A DNA stretch of 44,620 nucleotides, taken from NCBI GenBank assembly GCA_903860995.1, contig CAIOSS010000784.1, positions 1 to 44,620 on the forward strand, in the 5' to 3' direction. The DNA is from an uncultured delta proteobacterium (GTDB taxonomy: Bacteria > Myxococcota_A > Polyangia > Polyangiales > Ga0077539). Numbering within the stretch: the stretch's first letter is position 1; every line of letters begins with the position of its first letter. The notes under the pieces were generated by a model. The model made no database searches. It was given only the letters and a program-made list of their open reading frames with translations, and was not told the DNA's origin. This document shows, one piece after another, positions 22,834 through 31,263 of the stretch. The translations under genes and the position numbers were made by a program.

Positions 22834-25430
22834 GCGGGCACCACCCCGAAGGCCGCGAGCGCGCCGAGGCCCGGCGCCCGCCGCGCGAGCCGCGCCACCC
22901 GCTCGGGGCCGCGCAGCACCTCGAGGGCGCCGTCGGTCAGGCGCAGCCCGTCGCCGAGGGAGAGCACCGCCCCGAGGGCCCGCTCGAAGCCGTCGCGCAC
23001 GGCGCGGTCGTCCGTGGGCGACACGCCACCGACGACGCCGCCGTAGCGCAGCACGTCGGCGTCCTGGCGCGCCTCGGTGAGCACCACGAGGCGGGCGTGG
23101 TCGAAGAACAGCACCGGCCGCGCGAGGGCCTCCCGCAGCGCCGCCGCCGCGGCGGGCTGGGCGCGCGCCAGCAGGTCGAGCACGGCCTCGGCCTGGGCCA
23201 CCGCCCGCGGGCACCCGTACGAGCACGGGAACGACGGCAGCACGTACGCGAAGAGGTTGTTGAGCACCGGCGCGAAGGGCAGGCCCAGCCGCCGGGTGCG
23301 CGCGAGCGCGGCGTAGCGGATGGCCGTGTTGTTGGAGCGGTCGGGGAGGGCGGCGAAGGCCTCCACGCAGCACGGCGGGTACCCGAGCATGGCGCCCATC
23401 TCGGCGAGGTGCTCGCTCGGGCCGCGCGGGTCTTCGTAGATGGCGCGGGCGCGAGCCACGAGGGCGGGGTCACGGGAGAGGAAGAGGTCGACGTGGGTGC
23501 CCTCGCCGGGCGCCGCGGGGGCGCGGCCGCGCACGTCGGTGACGGCGTCATACGTGAACAGGTAATCGACCCGCGCGGCGTGGTGGTCGGCGAAGCGCGC
23601 GGCGAAGGCCTCGGCCTCGGCGCGGGGGAGGGTGAGGTAGAGCGCGGGCTTCAGGCCGTGCTCGTAGGCGAGCACCTCGAGGCGCGGGACGTCCACCCGC
23701 AGCGGGTCGGCGGGGAGCGGGGGAGGGTCCGCGGGGAGCCCGTCGGGGGCCTCGAGGCCGAGGGCGCGGAGGGCCTCGGCGGGGGTGCGGGCGTCGCGGG
23801 CCGCGGCGCTGACGCGCTGCCAGCCGGCGCGGTCGTCGGCCGGGGGCGGGCCGATGACGACGGCGGGCGAGGGGCGGGCGGGAGGGCGCGCGGGCGAGGG
23901 GGAGGGCGCGCCGTCGGCCCCGGGGGAGGTGTGGCGGATCTGCTGGAAGCGCGAGCCGAGCGAGCGGACGACGTCGCGGGCGAGGTCGGGGACGGGGTCG
24001 CCCCAGCGGTCGGGGCGGCGCTCGAGGAAGCGCACGATCTCGCGCAGCATGCGCACCTCGTCGTGGCGGCCCACCACGCGGAACATCGCGTCGTGGACGC
24101 CGTACGCCCGGTCGGTGGCGAGGTGCTGGAAGCGCCACGGGACCTCGGCCTCGTAGCCGTAGCGCCGGGCCGAGTCCATGGCCTCGTAGGGGAAGCGCTC
24201 GGCCAGCAGGCCCTCGTGCTTGGCTTTGTAGAAGAGCGCGGTGTCGGGGTAGAGCCGGAGCTTGGCGCGGGTGACCTGGCCGCGGAACTCCTGGAGCCCG
24301 ACGCGCTCGGCGGCGTCGAGGTTGAGGACGATGTCCGAGAGCTCGGTCCAGGGGTTGTAGAGGATGAACCCGAAGGCCGCGGGGGTGTCCGAGTAGCTCT
24401 TGGGGTAGCGCCGGCGGAGGCGCCGGCACTCGAGCACGGTGCGCTCGTTCTGCTCGACGGTGACGCCCTTGTTGTAGAGGTCGAGGTCCTTCTGCGAGAG
24501 GCTCTCCAGGCCCACCAGGAAGAGCAGCACCCGGTGGCCGTGGCGCTCGGCGCCCTGCCGCGCGCGCTCCATCACCGGCATCGAGCCGAGGAACCAGTCC
24601 GCCCGCGTCTCGATCAGCACCTCCATCGGGTGCGCGGCGCGCTCGCCGAGCCGGTCGATGAACTGCACCAGGTAGGGGAAGGGGTTCTGGTCGTTGAGCT
24701 GGATGCGCGCGGTCTCGGGCGCGTGATCGAGCAGGTGGTCGAGCTGCGCGAGCACCGACGCGAGCACCTCGCCGGACGGGCGCCGCGGGATGCCGCCGGA
24801 CGCGCAGAAGCTGCAGCCGCGGAGCACGACCTTCTCGTCGGGAAAGGGGACGTCGCGGAAGTGGGGGTTGTCCCGCACGCTCTGCCCGTAGGCGCACCCG
24901 GCGCTGCCGTGCACCACCGCGGGCCGGTCGGGCCGCTGGTCGCGGCCGACGCCGATGCGCACCAGGTTGTCCCGGGCGTGCGCCCGGGTGAGCTCCATCT
25001 GCGGCAGCCGGAACATCGCCTCGGTGACGGGCTCGCCGGCGGCGACGGCGCGGGCGATGGCCGCGAAGGTGTCGACCTGGTTCAGCGGGAAGGCGTGGGT
25101 GGTGCCCGGGAAGGCCACGCGCGGGTCGCCGAGGTAGATCCAGGTGACGTCCGGGAGCTGCGTCCGGAGGCGCTGGAAGACGGCCTCGCTCCACAGGCGC
25201 ACGTACGCGCAGACCCGGTAGCGACCCTGGAGCTGCGCGACGAGGGCGTCGATGGCGGAGAGGTCGTCGGCGTCGGGAGCGTCCGAGGCGGGGAGCGTCG
25301 CCTCGAAGAGCTCGTTGTGGACGCCCTGCGAGGTCAGCGCCGCGGAGAGCGAGGGGATGAGGTCGTCGTGGATGAAGTTCCGGCTCTGCGCAACCTGGAA
25401 CAGCAGGATCGCCGCGGCGGGTTCGACCAT
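22830..25430 (-). CDS. B12-binding-like / radical-SAM-like N-terminal half (non-canonical Cys spacing) fused via Pro-rich linker to a PPCC...PCx3C domain
   Basis: This is an 866-aa ORF. The N-terminal half has C179-x26-C206-x2-C209 (GCAY...LRGCSFCAS) and a TIM-barrel-like VGLESLSQKDLDLYNKG. The linker spans aa 500-580 and is rich in P and A. The C-terminal half has MLGYPPCCVEAF (C687, C688) and SFPCSYGC (C736, C740). It is homologous to ORF 31610-32338. Confidence 0.8.
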   Translation of the reverse strand: MVEPAAAILLFQVAQSRNFIHDDLIPSLSAALTSQGVHNELFEATLPASDAPDADDLSAIDALVAQLQGRYRVCAYVRLWSEAVFQRLRTQLPDVTWIYLGDPRVAFPGTTHAFPLNQVDTFAAIARAVAAGEPVTEAMFRLPQMELTRAHARDNLVRIGVGRDQRPDRPAVVHGSAGCAYGQSVRDNPHFRDVPFPDEKVVLRGCSFCASGGIPRRPSGEVLASVLAQLDHLLDHAPETARIQLNDQNPFPYLVQFIDRLGERAAHPMEVLIETRADWFLGSMPVMERARQGAERHGHRVLLFLVGLESLSQKDLDLYNKGVTVEQNERTVLECRRLRRRYPKSYSDTPAAFGFILYNPWTELSDIVLNLDAAERVGLQEFRGQVTRAKLRLYPDTALFYKAKHEGLLAERFPYEAMDSARRYGYEAEVPWRFQHLATDRAYGVHDAMFRVVGRHDEVRMLREIVRFLERRPDRWGDPVPDLARDVVRSLGSRFQQIRHTSPGADGAPSPSPARPPARPSPAVVIGPPPADDRAGWQRVSAAARDARTPAEALRALGLEAPDGLPADPPPLPADPLRVDVPRLEVLAYEHGLKPALYLTLPRAEAEAFAARFADHHAARVDYLFTYDAVTDVRGRAPAAPGEGTHVDLFLSRDPALVARARAIYEDPRGPSEHLAEMGAMLGYPPCCVEAFAALPDRSNNTAIRYAALARTRRLGLPFAPVLNNLFAYVLPSFPCSYGCPRAVAQAEAVLDLLARAQPAAAAALREALARPVLFFDHARLVVLTEARQDADVLRYGGVVGGVSPTDDRAVRDGFERALGAVLSLGDGLRLTDGALEVLRGPERVARLARRAPGLGALAAFGVVPA

Positions 25431-25435
25431 CGCGG

Positions 25436-26413
25436 TCAGCGAAACTCCGCGCGGAACGACAGCCCGGCGGAGGCGTTGACCTGCACCAGCGTGTCGCCCA
25501 CGAGCACCCGCGACTGCCGCTGGCTCACCACCGTCAGGCTGCCGGAGCTGTTGTTCTCGGGCGCCGAGAGGAAGCGCCCGAGCACCGACGGGGGAATCTC
25601 CCCGACGCCGCGGGTGCCATCAAAAGAGCACGACGCCGTGATCTCCTCCAGCCAGGTGGGCGTGGTGCCGTTGGCGGGCCGCTGACCCAGGGAGGCGACC
25701 ACCCGCTCCGACGTGGGCTCCCAGCGGAGCGCGAGCGGCGAGCGGCGCTCGATGTAGACGATCTGGTTGATCGCGTCGGGCACCATCGGCCCGATGTACC
25801 GCAGCGGCAAGGGGAACAACACCGGCGCCTGGAACGGCTCCCGCAACCCGCCTCCCACCGCGCCCACACAGATCTCGTCGTCGGCCCTCCAGCGCGCCCC
25901 GGCGGTGCCGTCCGGGCGCGCGTAGGTGCCGTTCGCCTGGGGCATGAGCGCCGCCACCTCGGCCGTCGGGTCGATGCGGTCGCGCACCGTGACGCGCCCG
26001 AGGCTCCAGCCCGTGAGGGGGGCGCCCATGTCGCCGATGTGGTCCGGCGGCGGACGGCAGTCGCGCACCACGCAGGGCCCATCGGTGACCGGCGCGCACC
26101 GTTCGGCCTCGTGGGCCACCACGTTGAACACCGACGCGCCGTGGCCGAGCTGCGGGCCGCGGGACACCTGGCTCACGCTGACGAGCACCGATCGGGCGCC
26201 GACCGCCGCGCTCACCGCGGTGCCCCCGAGCACCGGGCAGGTGGAGGCCCCACCGCCCCCGCACTCCACCCAGGAGCGGCCCTCCCCGCACCCCGAACAG
26301 TTGGTGCCCACGCACCCCGCGTCGGGCTCGACCGAGGTGCTGCCGCAGCGGCCGAGCAGCAGTCCGCCGGTCAGCGTCAGCGCCACTTGCAGGTTCGTCC
26401 GCGCGGTCGTCAT
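25436..26413 (-). CDS. Exported Cys-containing hypothetical protein (first gene of the operon)
   Basis: This is a 325-aa ORF from ATG 26413. The N-terminal hydrophobic segment is LQVALTLTGGLLLGRCGS, followed by the Cys-rich stretch CVGTNCSGCGEGRSWVECGGGGASTC. Its stop lies 5 nt before the start of 22830-25430. I recognised no domain. Confidence 0.65.
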   Translation of the reverse strand: MTTARTNLQVALTLTGGLLLGRCGSTSVEPDAGCVGTNCSGCGEGRSWVECGGGGASTCPVLGGTAVSAAVGARSVLVSVSQVSRGPQLGHGASVFNVVAHEAERCAPVTDGPCVVRDCRPPPDHIGDMGAPLTGWSLGRVTVRDRIDPTAEVAALMPQANGTYARPDGTAGARWRADDEICVGAVGGGLREPFQAPVLFPLPLRYIGPMVPDAINQIVYIERRSPLALRWEPTSERVVASLGQRPANGTTPTWLEEITASCSFDGTRGVGEIPPSVLGRFLSAPENNSSGSLTVVSQRQSRVLVGDTLVQVNASAGLSFRAEFR

Positions 26414-26459
26414 GGGCCGCCATCATCGCCCCGTCCGCACCGCGCCGCCAGAGGGAGGT

Positions 26460-26760
26460 TCAGCGGGTGTGATTCCCATTTCGTTCACGCGGCTCGTCCG
26501 AGCGCCGGGACCACCCGGGATTGGTGGTGGTGCAGTACTGCGAGGTCATCGGAGTCGAGCCGTGCACGAGCGAAGTGCTCGACGGCGCGGGAGGCATTCG
26601 ACAGCGTCGGGTTGCGCAGCGCAACGTCGTTCGCGACCGAGCCGTCAGGATGGTGCGGCCGACGCGCATCTCATCGAAAAGATGGCGGCGATTGGTGATG
26701 ATGGCTGGCGTGAGCTCGTTGTCGTGGCGGCGCCCTCGGACGAGAGGAGGGGACCGGCGG
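26460..26760 (-). pseudogene. Possible frameshifted gene remnant in a lower-GC spacer
   Basis: My manual minus-strand translation gives ...ELTPAIITNRRHLFDEMRVGRTIL in one frame. The G/C-third-position signal then continues in another frame as DGSVANDVALRNPTLSNASRAVEHFARARLDSDDLAVLHHHQSRVVPALGRAA*. There is no intact ORF and no family I recognise. Confidence 0.2.
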
Positions 26761-26789
26761 CCATAAGGAGACCGGAACGACGACAGCGC

Positions 26790-28469
26790 TCAGTCCGGCG
26801 ACCAGCGGTACACCTCGATGGGGGCGCACCGGCCCCGCGGGGGGATGTCGAACGGCTGGCTGTACCGACCGGCCTGCGACGCCGCGCAGAGCACCGACCT
26901 CCGTACGAGCCGCCATGGGTGCGCGCGCAGGGCCGTAGCGCAGTCCTCGGCGAGGAGTTCCCGGGGCGGGGGCCGTCGGGGTGCACCCGGCTGGCACGAC
27001 GACGGCTCGCGGAAGCACCCGGGGTCGAGGGAGCACACCCGGTCGATCACGAGCCAGTGGGCTCCGCGGTCGGAGTCGCGGAGCTGGCCGACGTCCACGG
27101 TCCACACGTCCGGGCGGAGCGAGCGGACCCAGGTCGCCGGGAAGCGCCGAAGCTCCCGCCCAGGCAGGGTCACGAAGCGATCGCCGGGCGCCATGCGGGC
27201 GACGGTCTCTCGCAGCAGGCGGTACTCCGCCGCGATGGGGAGCGGCGGCGCGTGCTCGAAGCGCGCGACGCCCGCGGCGACCACGCACAGCGCCGGCGTC
27301 GCGAGCCAGGCGGCGGCGAGGGCGCGGGGTCGTGAGGGAACCAGGACCGCCAGCGCGTCGGCGAGCCCGGCGACGGGCAGGAGGGCCAGCACCATGGAGA
27401 ACTGCCCGTGCCGCAGCCCCCCCGGAAACCACCCGTGCGACAGGCTCCCCTGCAGCACGCCCACGAGCGGCGCGAGCACGACGAGGAGGGTCGCCTGGAG
27501 GTCGCGGCGGAGGGCGCACCGCAGCGCCAGGAAGATCCATGCGGCGCACATCGCGGCACCCATCCAGGTCGGGATGTAGGGGGTGGCCCAACCCAGCCAG
27601 AGGTCGTCGCGGCCGACGTACCAAGCGTGCAGCGATGGACTGCGCACGATGAACGGCAGGTGCGGCATCGAGAGGAGCCCGGACGACTCCCGGTGCGACC
27701 GCATCGCGCCGAGGATGGAGACGAGCTGCGGCAGGAGCGCGGCCCCGAGGGCGGCGCAGGCCACGGCGAGGGTCCACCAGGGCAGCCGCGGAGAGCGCCG
27801 CGCACCCAGCATCGCCAGCGGCGCCAGCGCGGCCAGCGGGAGGGTCACGTCGCGGGCGAGCGCGGCGGCGGCGACGAGGGCGCACCCCGCGGCAAGCGAC
27901 CTGCGCGACCCCTCGGACGCGCCTACATGAAGCAGCGCCATGCCCGCGCACGCCGTCGCGACGGTGAGATTGAGCGGCTCCTCGGTGGGCGCCAGGAAGA
28001 GCGCGAGCGGCTGGAACATCAGCAGCGAGGCCGCGGCGAGGCCCGCGCGCCGGCTGCCGAACGCCCGCGTCGCGAGCCAGAACAGCCCCGGGACGCCCAG
28101 CGCGGAGAGGGTCACGCCCAGCGTGAAGGTCGGGTCGCCGTCGGGCCCGAACGCCCTGTTCAGCAGTGCCACGAGCAGCCGGTGCGCGGAGGGGACGTCG
28201 TGGTAGAGGGCTGCCTCGGAGAGCGGCATCCCCGCCGTCGCGACGTAGTCGTAGCCGTGGTGGTTCTCGTGGATCAGCGTGTGCGGCGCGGCGACCCAGC
28301 GCACCGCGAAGGCGAGTGCGAAGAGGGCGGCGGAGACCCCGAGGGCCTCCCGGCGGGCCGCCGGGGGCATGCGCCGCAGCCGGTCGTACACCGCGGCGCA
28401 CGTCGTGAGCGCGGCCGTGAGCAGGACGATCTGCAGGCTGAGCAGGGCGTACGCCGGCGGTTGGTACAT
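26790..28469 (-). CDS. Polytopic membrane protein, HENHH family paralogue 2
   Basis: This is a 559-aa ORF from ATG 28469. HTLIHENHHGYDYVATAG is encoded at about 28251-28283, and 24 nt there are identical to paralogue 1. The C-terminal soluble part has conserved Cys residues (DRVCSLDPGCF...EDCATALRAHPWRLV...RCAPIEVYRWSPD). Confidence 0.85.
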   Translation of the reverse strand: MYQPPAYALLSLQIVLLTAALTTCAAVYDRLRRMPPAARREALGVSAALFALAFAVRWVAAPHTLIHENHHGYDYVATAGMPLSEAALYHDVPSAHRLLVALLNRAFGPDGDPTFTLGVTLSALGVPGLFWLATRAFGSRRAGLAAASLLMFQPLALFLAPTEEPLNLTVATACAGMALLHVGASEGSRRSLAAGCALVAAAALARDVTLPLAALAPLAMLGARRSPRLPWWTLAVACAALGAALLPQLVSILGAMRSHRESSGLLSMPHLPFIVRSPSLHAWYVGRDDLWLGWATPYIPTWMGAAMCAAWIFLALRCALRRDLQATLLVVLAPLVGVLQGSLSHGWFPGGLRHGQFSMVLALLPVAGLADALAVLVPSRPRALAAAWLATPALCVVAAGVARFEHAPPLPIAAEYRLLRETVARMAPGDRFVTLPGRELRRFPATWVRSLRPDVWTVDVGQLRDSDRGAHWLVIDRVCSLDPGCFREPSSCQPGAPRRPPPRELLAEDCATALRAHPWRLVRRSVLCAASQAGRYSQPFDIPPRGRCAPIEVYRWSPD

Positions 28470-28559
28470 GTGGTCCCGGCGCCGACGCTACGCCACGCAG
28501 CGCGCGGCGGAAACAGGGCGGCTCGACCAGCACGCCGCTGCCACGGTACGAATGGTCCG

Positions 28560-29573
28560 ATGTCACTCTGCGTGGTCACAGGCGCCCCCGGCTGGTTGGG
28601 GACGACCCTCGTCCAGGCCCTCCACGCGGGGGCGGCGTTCGGCGCGTTTCGCACCGAGGCGCGGCGGGTGCGCTGCGTGGTGCAGCCGGGCGTCGACGCG
28701 GGCCGGCTCGAGCGCCTCGGGCCGGGCGTGGAGGTCGTGCGAGCCGACCTGCGCCACCGCGAGATGCTGCGCGGCGTCTGCGACGGCGCGACGAGCGTCT
28801 TCCACGCGGCGGGCATCGTCCACCCGCGCCGCGTGTCCGACCTCTACGACGTCAACGTGACCGGCACGCGCAACCTCATCGACGAGGCCATCGCCGCGGG
28901 CGCGAAGCGGTTCGTCCTGGTGAGTTCGAACTCCCCCGCGGGGTTGAACGACTCACCCATGCACCTGATGACCGAAGACGATCCGCCGCGGCCGTACCTG
29001 GGCTACGGGCTCTCGAAGCTCCAGGCGGAGTGGGCCCTGAACGACGCGCACCGCGGTGGGCGCATCGAGGGGGTGATCCTCCGGCCCTGCTGGTTCTACG
29101 GGCCCGACCAGCCCGAGCGGCAGTCGCGGTTCTTCCGGATGATCCAGGGCGGGCACCCCATCATCTTCGGGCGCGGCGACAACCTCCGGAGCATGAGCTA
29201 CATCGACAACACCGTGCAGGGCCTCCTGCGCGCCGAGCGCGTCGCGGCCGCCGCCGGGAAGACCTACTGGATCACCGACCGCCGCCCGTACTCCTTCATC
29301 GAGATCATCGAGACGGTCGCCAAGGTGCTGGGCGTCCGCGTGCAACCGCGCTACCTGCCCCGCGCCAGCTCCGACGTCGCGCGCCTCTGCGACTCGCTCC
29401 TGCAGATGGTGGGCCTCTACAACCAGGAGATCCACGTCGCGGGCGAGCTCGCCGCGTCCATCGCCGTGAGCATCGAGGCCGCGCGCCGCGACCTCGGCTA
29501 CGACCCGGAGATCGAGCTCGAGGAAGGCATGCGGCGCTCCGTCGAGTGGTGCCGCAAGAACGGCCAGCTCTAG
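28560..29573 (+). CDS. NAD-dependent epimerase/dehydratase (extended SDR)
   Basis: ATG 28560 lies within track ORF 27408-29573. Motifs are VVTGAPGWLGTTLV (GxxGxxG) and YGLSKLQAE (YxxxK). The gene is divergent from paralogue 2 across a 90-nt gap. Confidence 0.85.
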   Translation: MSLCVVTGAPGWLGTTLVQALHAGAAFGAFRTEARRVRCVVQPGVDAGRLERLGPGVEVVRADLRHREMLRGVCDGATSVFHAAGIVHPRRVSDLYDVNVTGTRNLIDEAIAAGAKRFVLVSSNSPAGLNDSPMHLMTEDDPPRPYLGYGLSKLQAEWALNDAHRGGRIEGVILRPCWFYGPDQPERQSRFFRMIQGGHPIIFGRGDNLRSMSYIDNTVQGLLRAERVAAAAGKTYWITDRRPYSFIEIIETVAKVLGVRVQPRYLPRASSDVARLCDSLLQMVGLYNQEIHVAGELAASIAVSIEAARRDLGYDPEIELEEGMRRSVEWCRKNGQL

Positions 29574-30610
29574 TGGTGCCGCGGCTCGCGCTGGTGACCG
29601 GGGGCTCCGGGTACCTCGGGAGCGTGCTGGTGCGCCGGCTGCTCGGGCGCGGGTACCGGGTGCGGGTGCTCGACCTGCGCGACGCCGACGACCGGCCCGC
29701 GGGGGTGGAGTTCGTCCGCGGGGATATCCGCGCCGGGGCGGAGGTCGCCCGGGCCTGCGAGGGCGCCGACGTCGTCCACCACGGCGTCGCGCAGGTGCCG
29801 CTGGCGAAGGACTCCAGGCTCTTCCGGAGCGTCAACGTCGATGGAACCCGGACGCTCCTGGCGTGCGCTCGCCGCGCGGGGGTGCGCAAGACCGTGCTGG
29901 TATCCTCCAGCGCCGTCTACGGGGCCCCAGAGCGCAACCCGGTCACCGAGGCGACGCCCGCCCGGCCGGGGGAGGCCTACGGCGCCGCGAAGCTGGAGGG
30001 CGAGCGCGTCGCCGCCGACTTCGTACAAAGGGGCATGGACGTGACGATCGTCCGGCCCCGTACGATCCTCGGGCACGGCAGGCTGGGGCTCTTCCAGGTG
30101 CTGTTCGAGTGGACGCGGCGGGGCAGACCGCTGTGGGTGCTGGGTCGCGGCGACAACCGCTACCAGTTCGTGCACGCCGACGACCTCGCCGACGCGTGCA
30201 TCCTCGCTGGCGAGCGGGCGGGTCCGGCCTCCTATAACATCGGCGCCGAGCGCTTCGGGACCATGCGCGAGGCGCTCGAGACGCTCGCCCGCCACGCGGG
30301 CACCGGGAGCAGGGTGCGCTCGCTCCCCGTCGGCATCGCGGTGCGGCTGATGGCGCTCTCCGGCCGACTGGGGCTCTCCCCCCTGGGCCCATATCACGCC
30401 CTCATGTACGGTCGCGAGATGTACTTCGACGTCACCGCCGCCCGCGAAGACCTGGGCTGGCGCTCGACCGCGAGCAACGAGGAGATGCTCTGCGAGTCGT
30501 ACGACTGGTACCTGGCGCACCACGAGGAGGTCCTCGCCCGACGGGACGCCTCGCCGCACCGATCGGCGGTGCGCCACGGGGTCCTCGATCTGCTCGGTTA
30601 TCTCCCCTGA
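29573..30610 (+). CDS. NAD-dependent epimerase/dehydratase (extended SDR) with C-terminal extension
   Basis: GTG 29573 (or 29576) lies at the upstream TAG. Motifs are LVTGGSGYLGSVLV and YGAAKLEGE. The tail contains YDWYLAHHEEV. It is a paralogue of 37631-38674. Confidence 0.85.
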   Translation: MVPRLALVTGGSGYLGSVLVRRLLGRGYRVRVLDLRDADDRPAGVEFVRGDIRAGAEVARACEGADVVHHGVAQVPLAKDSRLFRSVNVDGTRTLLACARRAGVRKTVLVSSSAVYGAPERNPVTEATPARPGEAYGAAKLEGERVAADFVQRGMDVTIVRPRTILGHGRLGLFQVLFEWTRRGRPLWVLGRGDNRYQFVHADDLADACILAGERAGPASYNIGAERFGTMREALETLARHAGTGSRVRSLPVGIAVRLMALSGRLGLSPLGPYHALMYGREMYFDVTAAREDLGWRSTASNEEMLCESYDWYLAHHEEVLARRDASPHRSAVRHGVLDLLGYLP

Positions 30611-30657
30611 TCGGGATGTAAGGGCAACGGGTCTACACTCCTCTGGGAGGGCGTTCG

Positions 30658-31263
30658 ATGGCAGCGGGCGACGACGACACGAAGGTCCCCGGCCGACCCG
30701 AAGGCCCCCCGAGGATGCTCGCGACGGGCGTCGCGATCCTCGCGCTTGGCGCGGCGCTGGTGGTGACCCGGGGCCGTCGGCACCCCACCCGCCCACCGCG
30801 CACGCCGCACGCAGCGAGCGGCGCCCAGCCCATCGGAGCGCCCGACCCTCCTGCGGGCGGCGCTCCCTCCGCGCCCCCTATCCCCCCCGTGGGTGGCGCG
30901 CCGACGCGGGCGCCGCCCGCTCCCCCGGCGGGCGCCGCCGAGCTCGCGCTGGTGGCCCCGCTCGTGGCCGGCGCCGCCCTGGGCGACGGGGAGATCACAG
31001 CGATCACCGGGGTGCAGCGGGGCTTCATGCACGTCCTCGTACGCAGGGGCGCGCAGACCTTCGACCTCGGCATCGGCCTCGCTCGCGATGGAATCGCAGG
31101 CCTGCGCGCGGGCCGCTACGCCGTGTACATCCTGGGCTCGACCCGGCCCGACCCGGCCGCGTTTCCCATCGCCGACGCACTCGCGCGGCGCATGGTCGTC
31201 AACGCGGGCGTGGCCCCTCCGCCGGGGATGTCCGCGGGCGACTTCCCCGCGTCGACGCGGTAG
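30658..31263 (+). CDS. Membrane-anchored protein with Pro-rich linker and small C-terminal domain
   Basis: GGGAGG at 30645-30650 lies 7 nt before ATG 30658. The TM segment is MLATGVAILALGAALVV. A Pro/Ala-rich stretch follows, then about 100 aa of ordered-looking sequence. I recognised no family. Confidence 0.55.
   Translation: MAAGDDDTKVPGRPEGPPRMLATGVAILALGAALVVTRGRRHPTRPPRTPHAASGAQPIGAPDPPAGGAPSAPPIPPVGGAPTRAPPAPPAGAAELALVAPLVAGAALGDGEITAITGVQRGFMHVLVRRGAQTFDLGIGLARDGIAGLRAGRYAVYILGSTRPDPAAFPIADALARRMVVNAGVAPPPGMSAGDFPASTR

Noticed and set aside
23097-25685. 862-aa plus-strand ORF, together with the similar 42025-44442 (805 aa), 27408-29573 upstream part, 21808-23046 and 20621-21937
   Set aside because: These are shadow frames opposite well-supported genes. 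For 27408-29573 only the part from ATG 28560 (the SDR gene) is credible.
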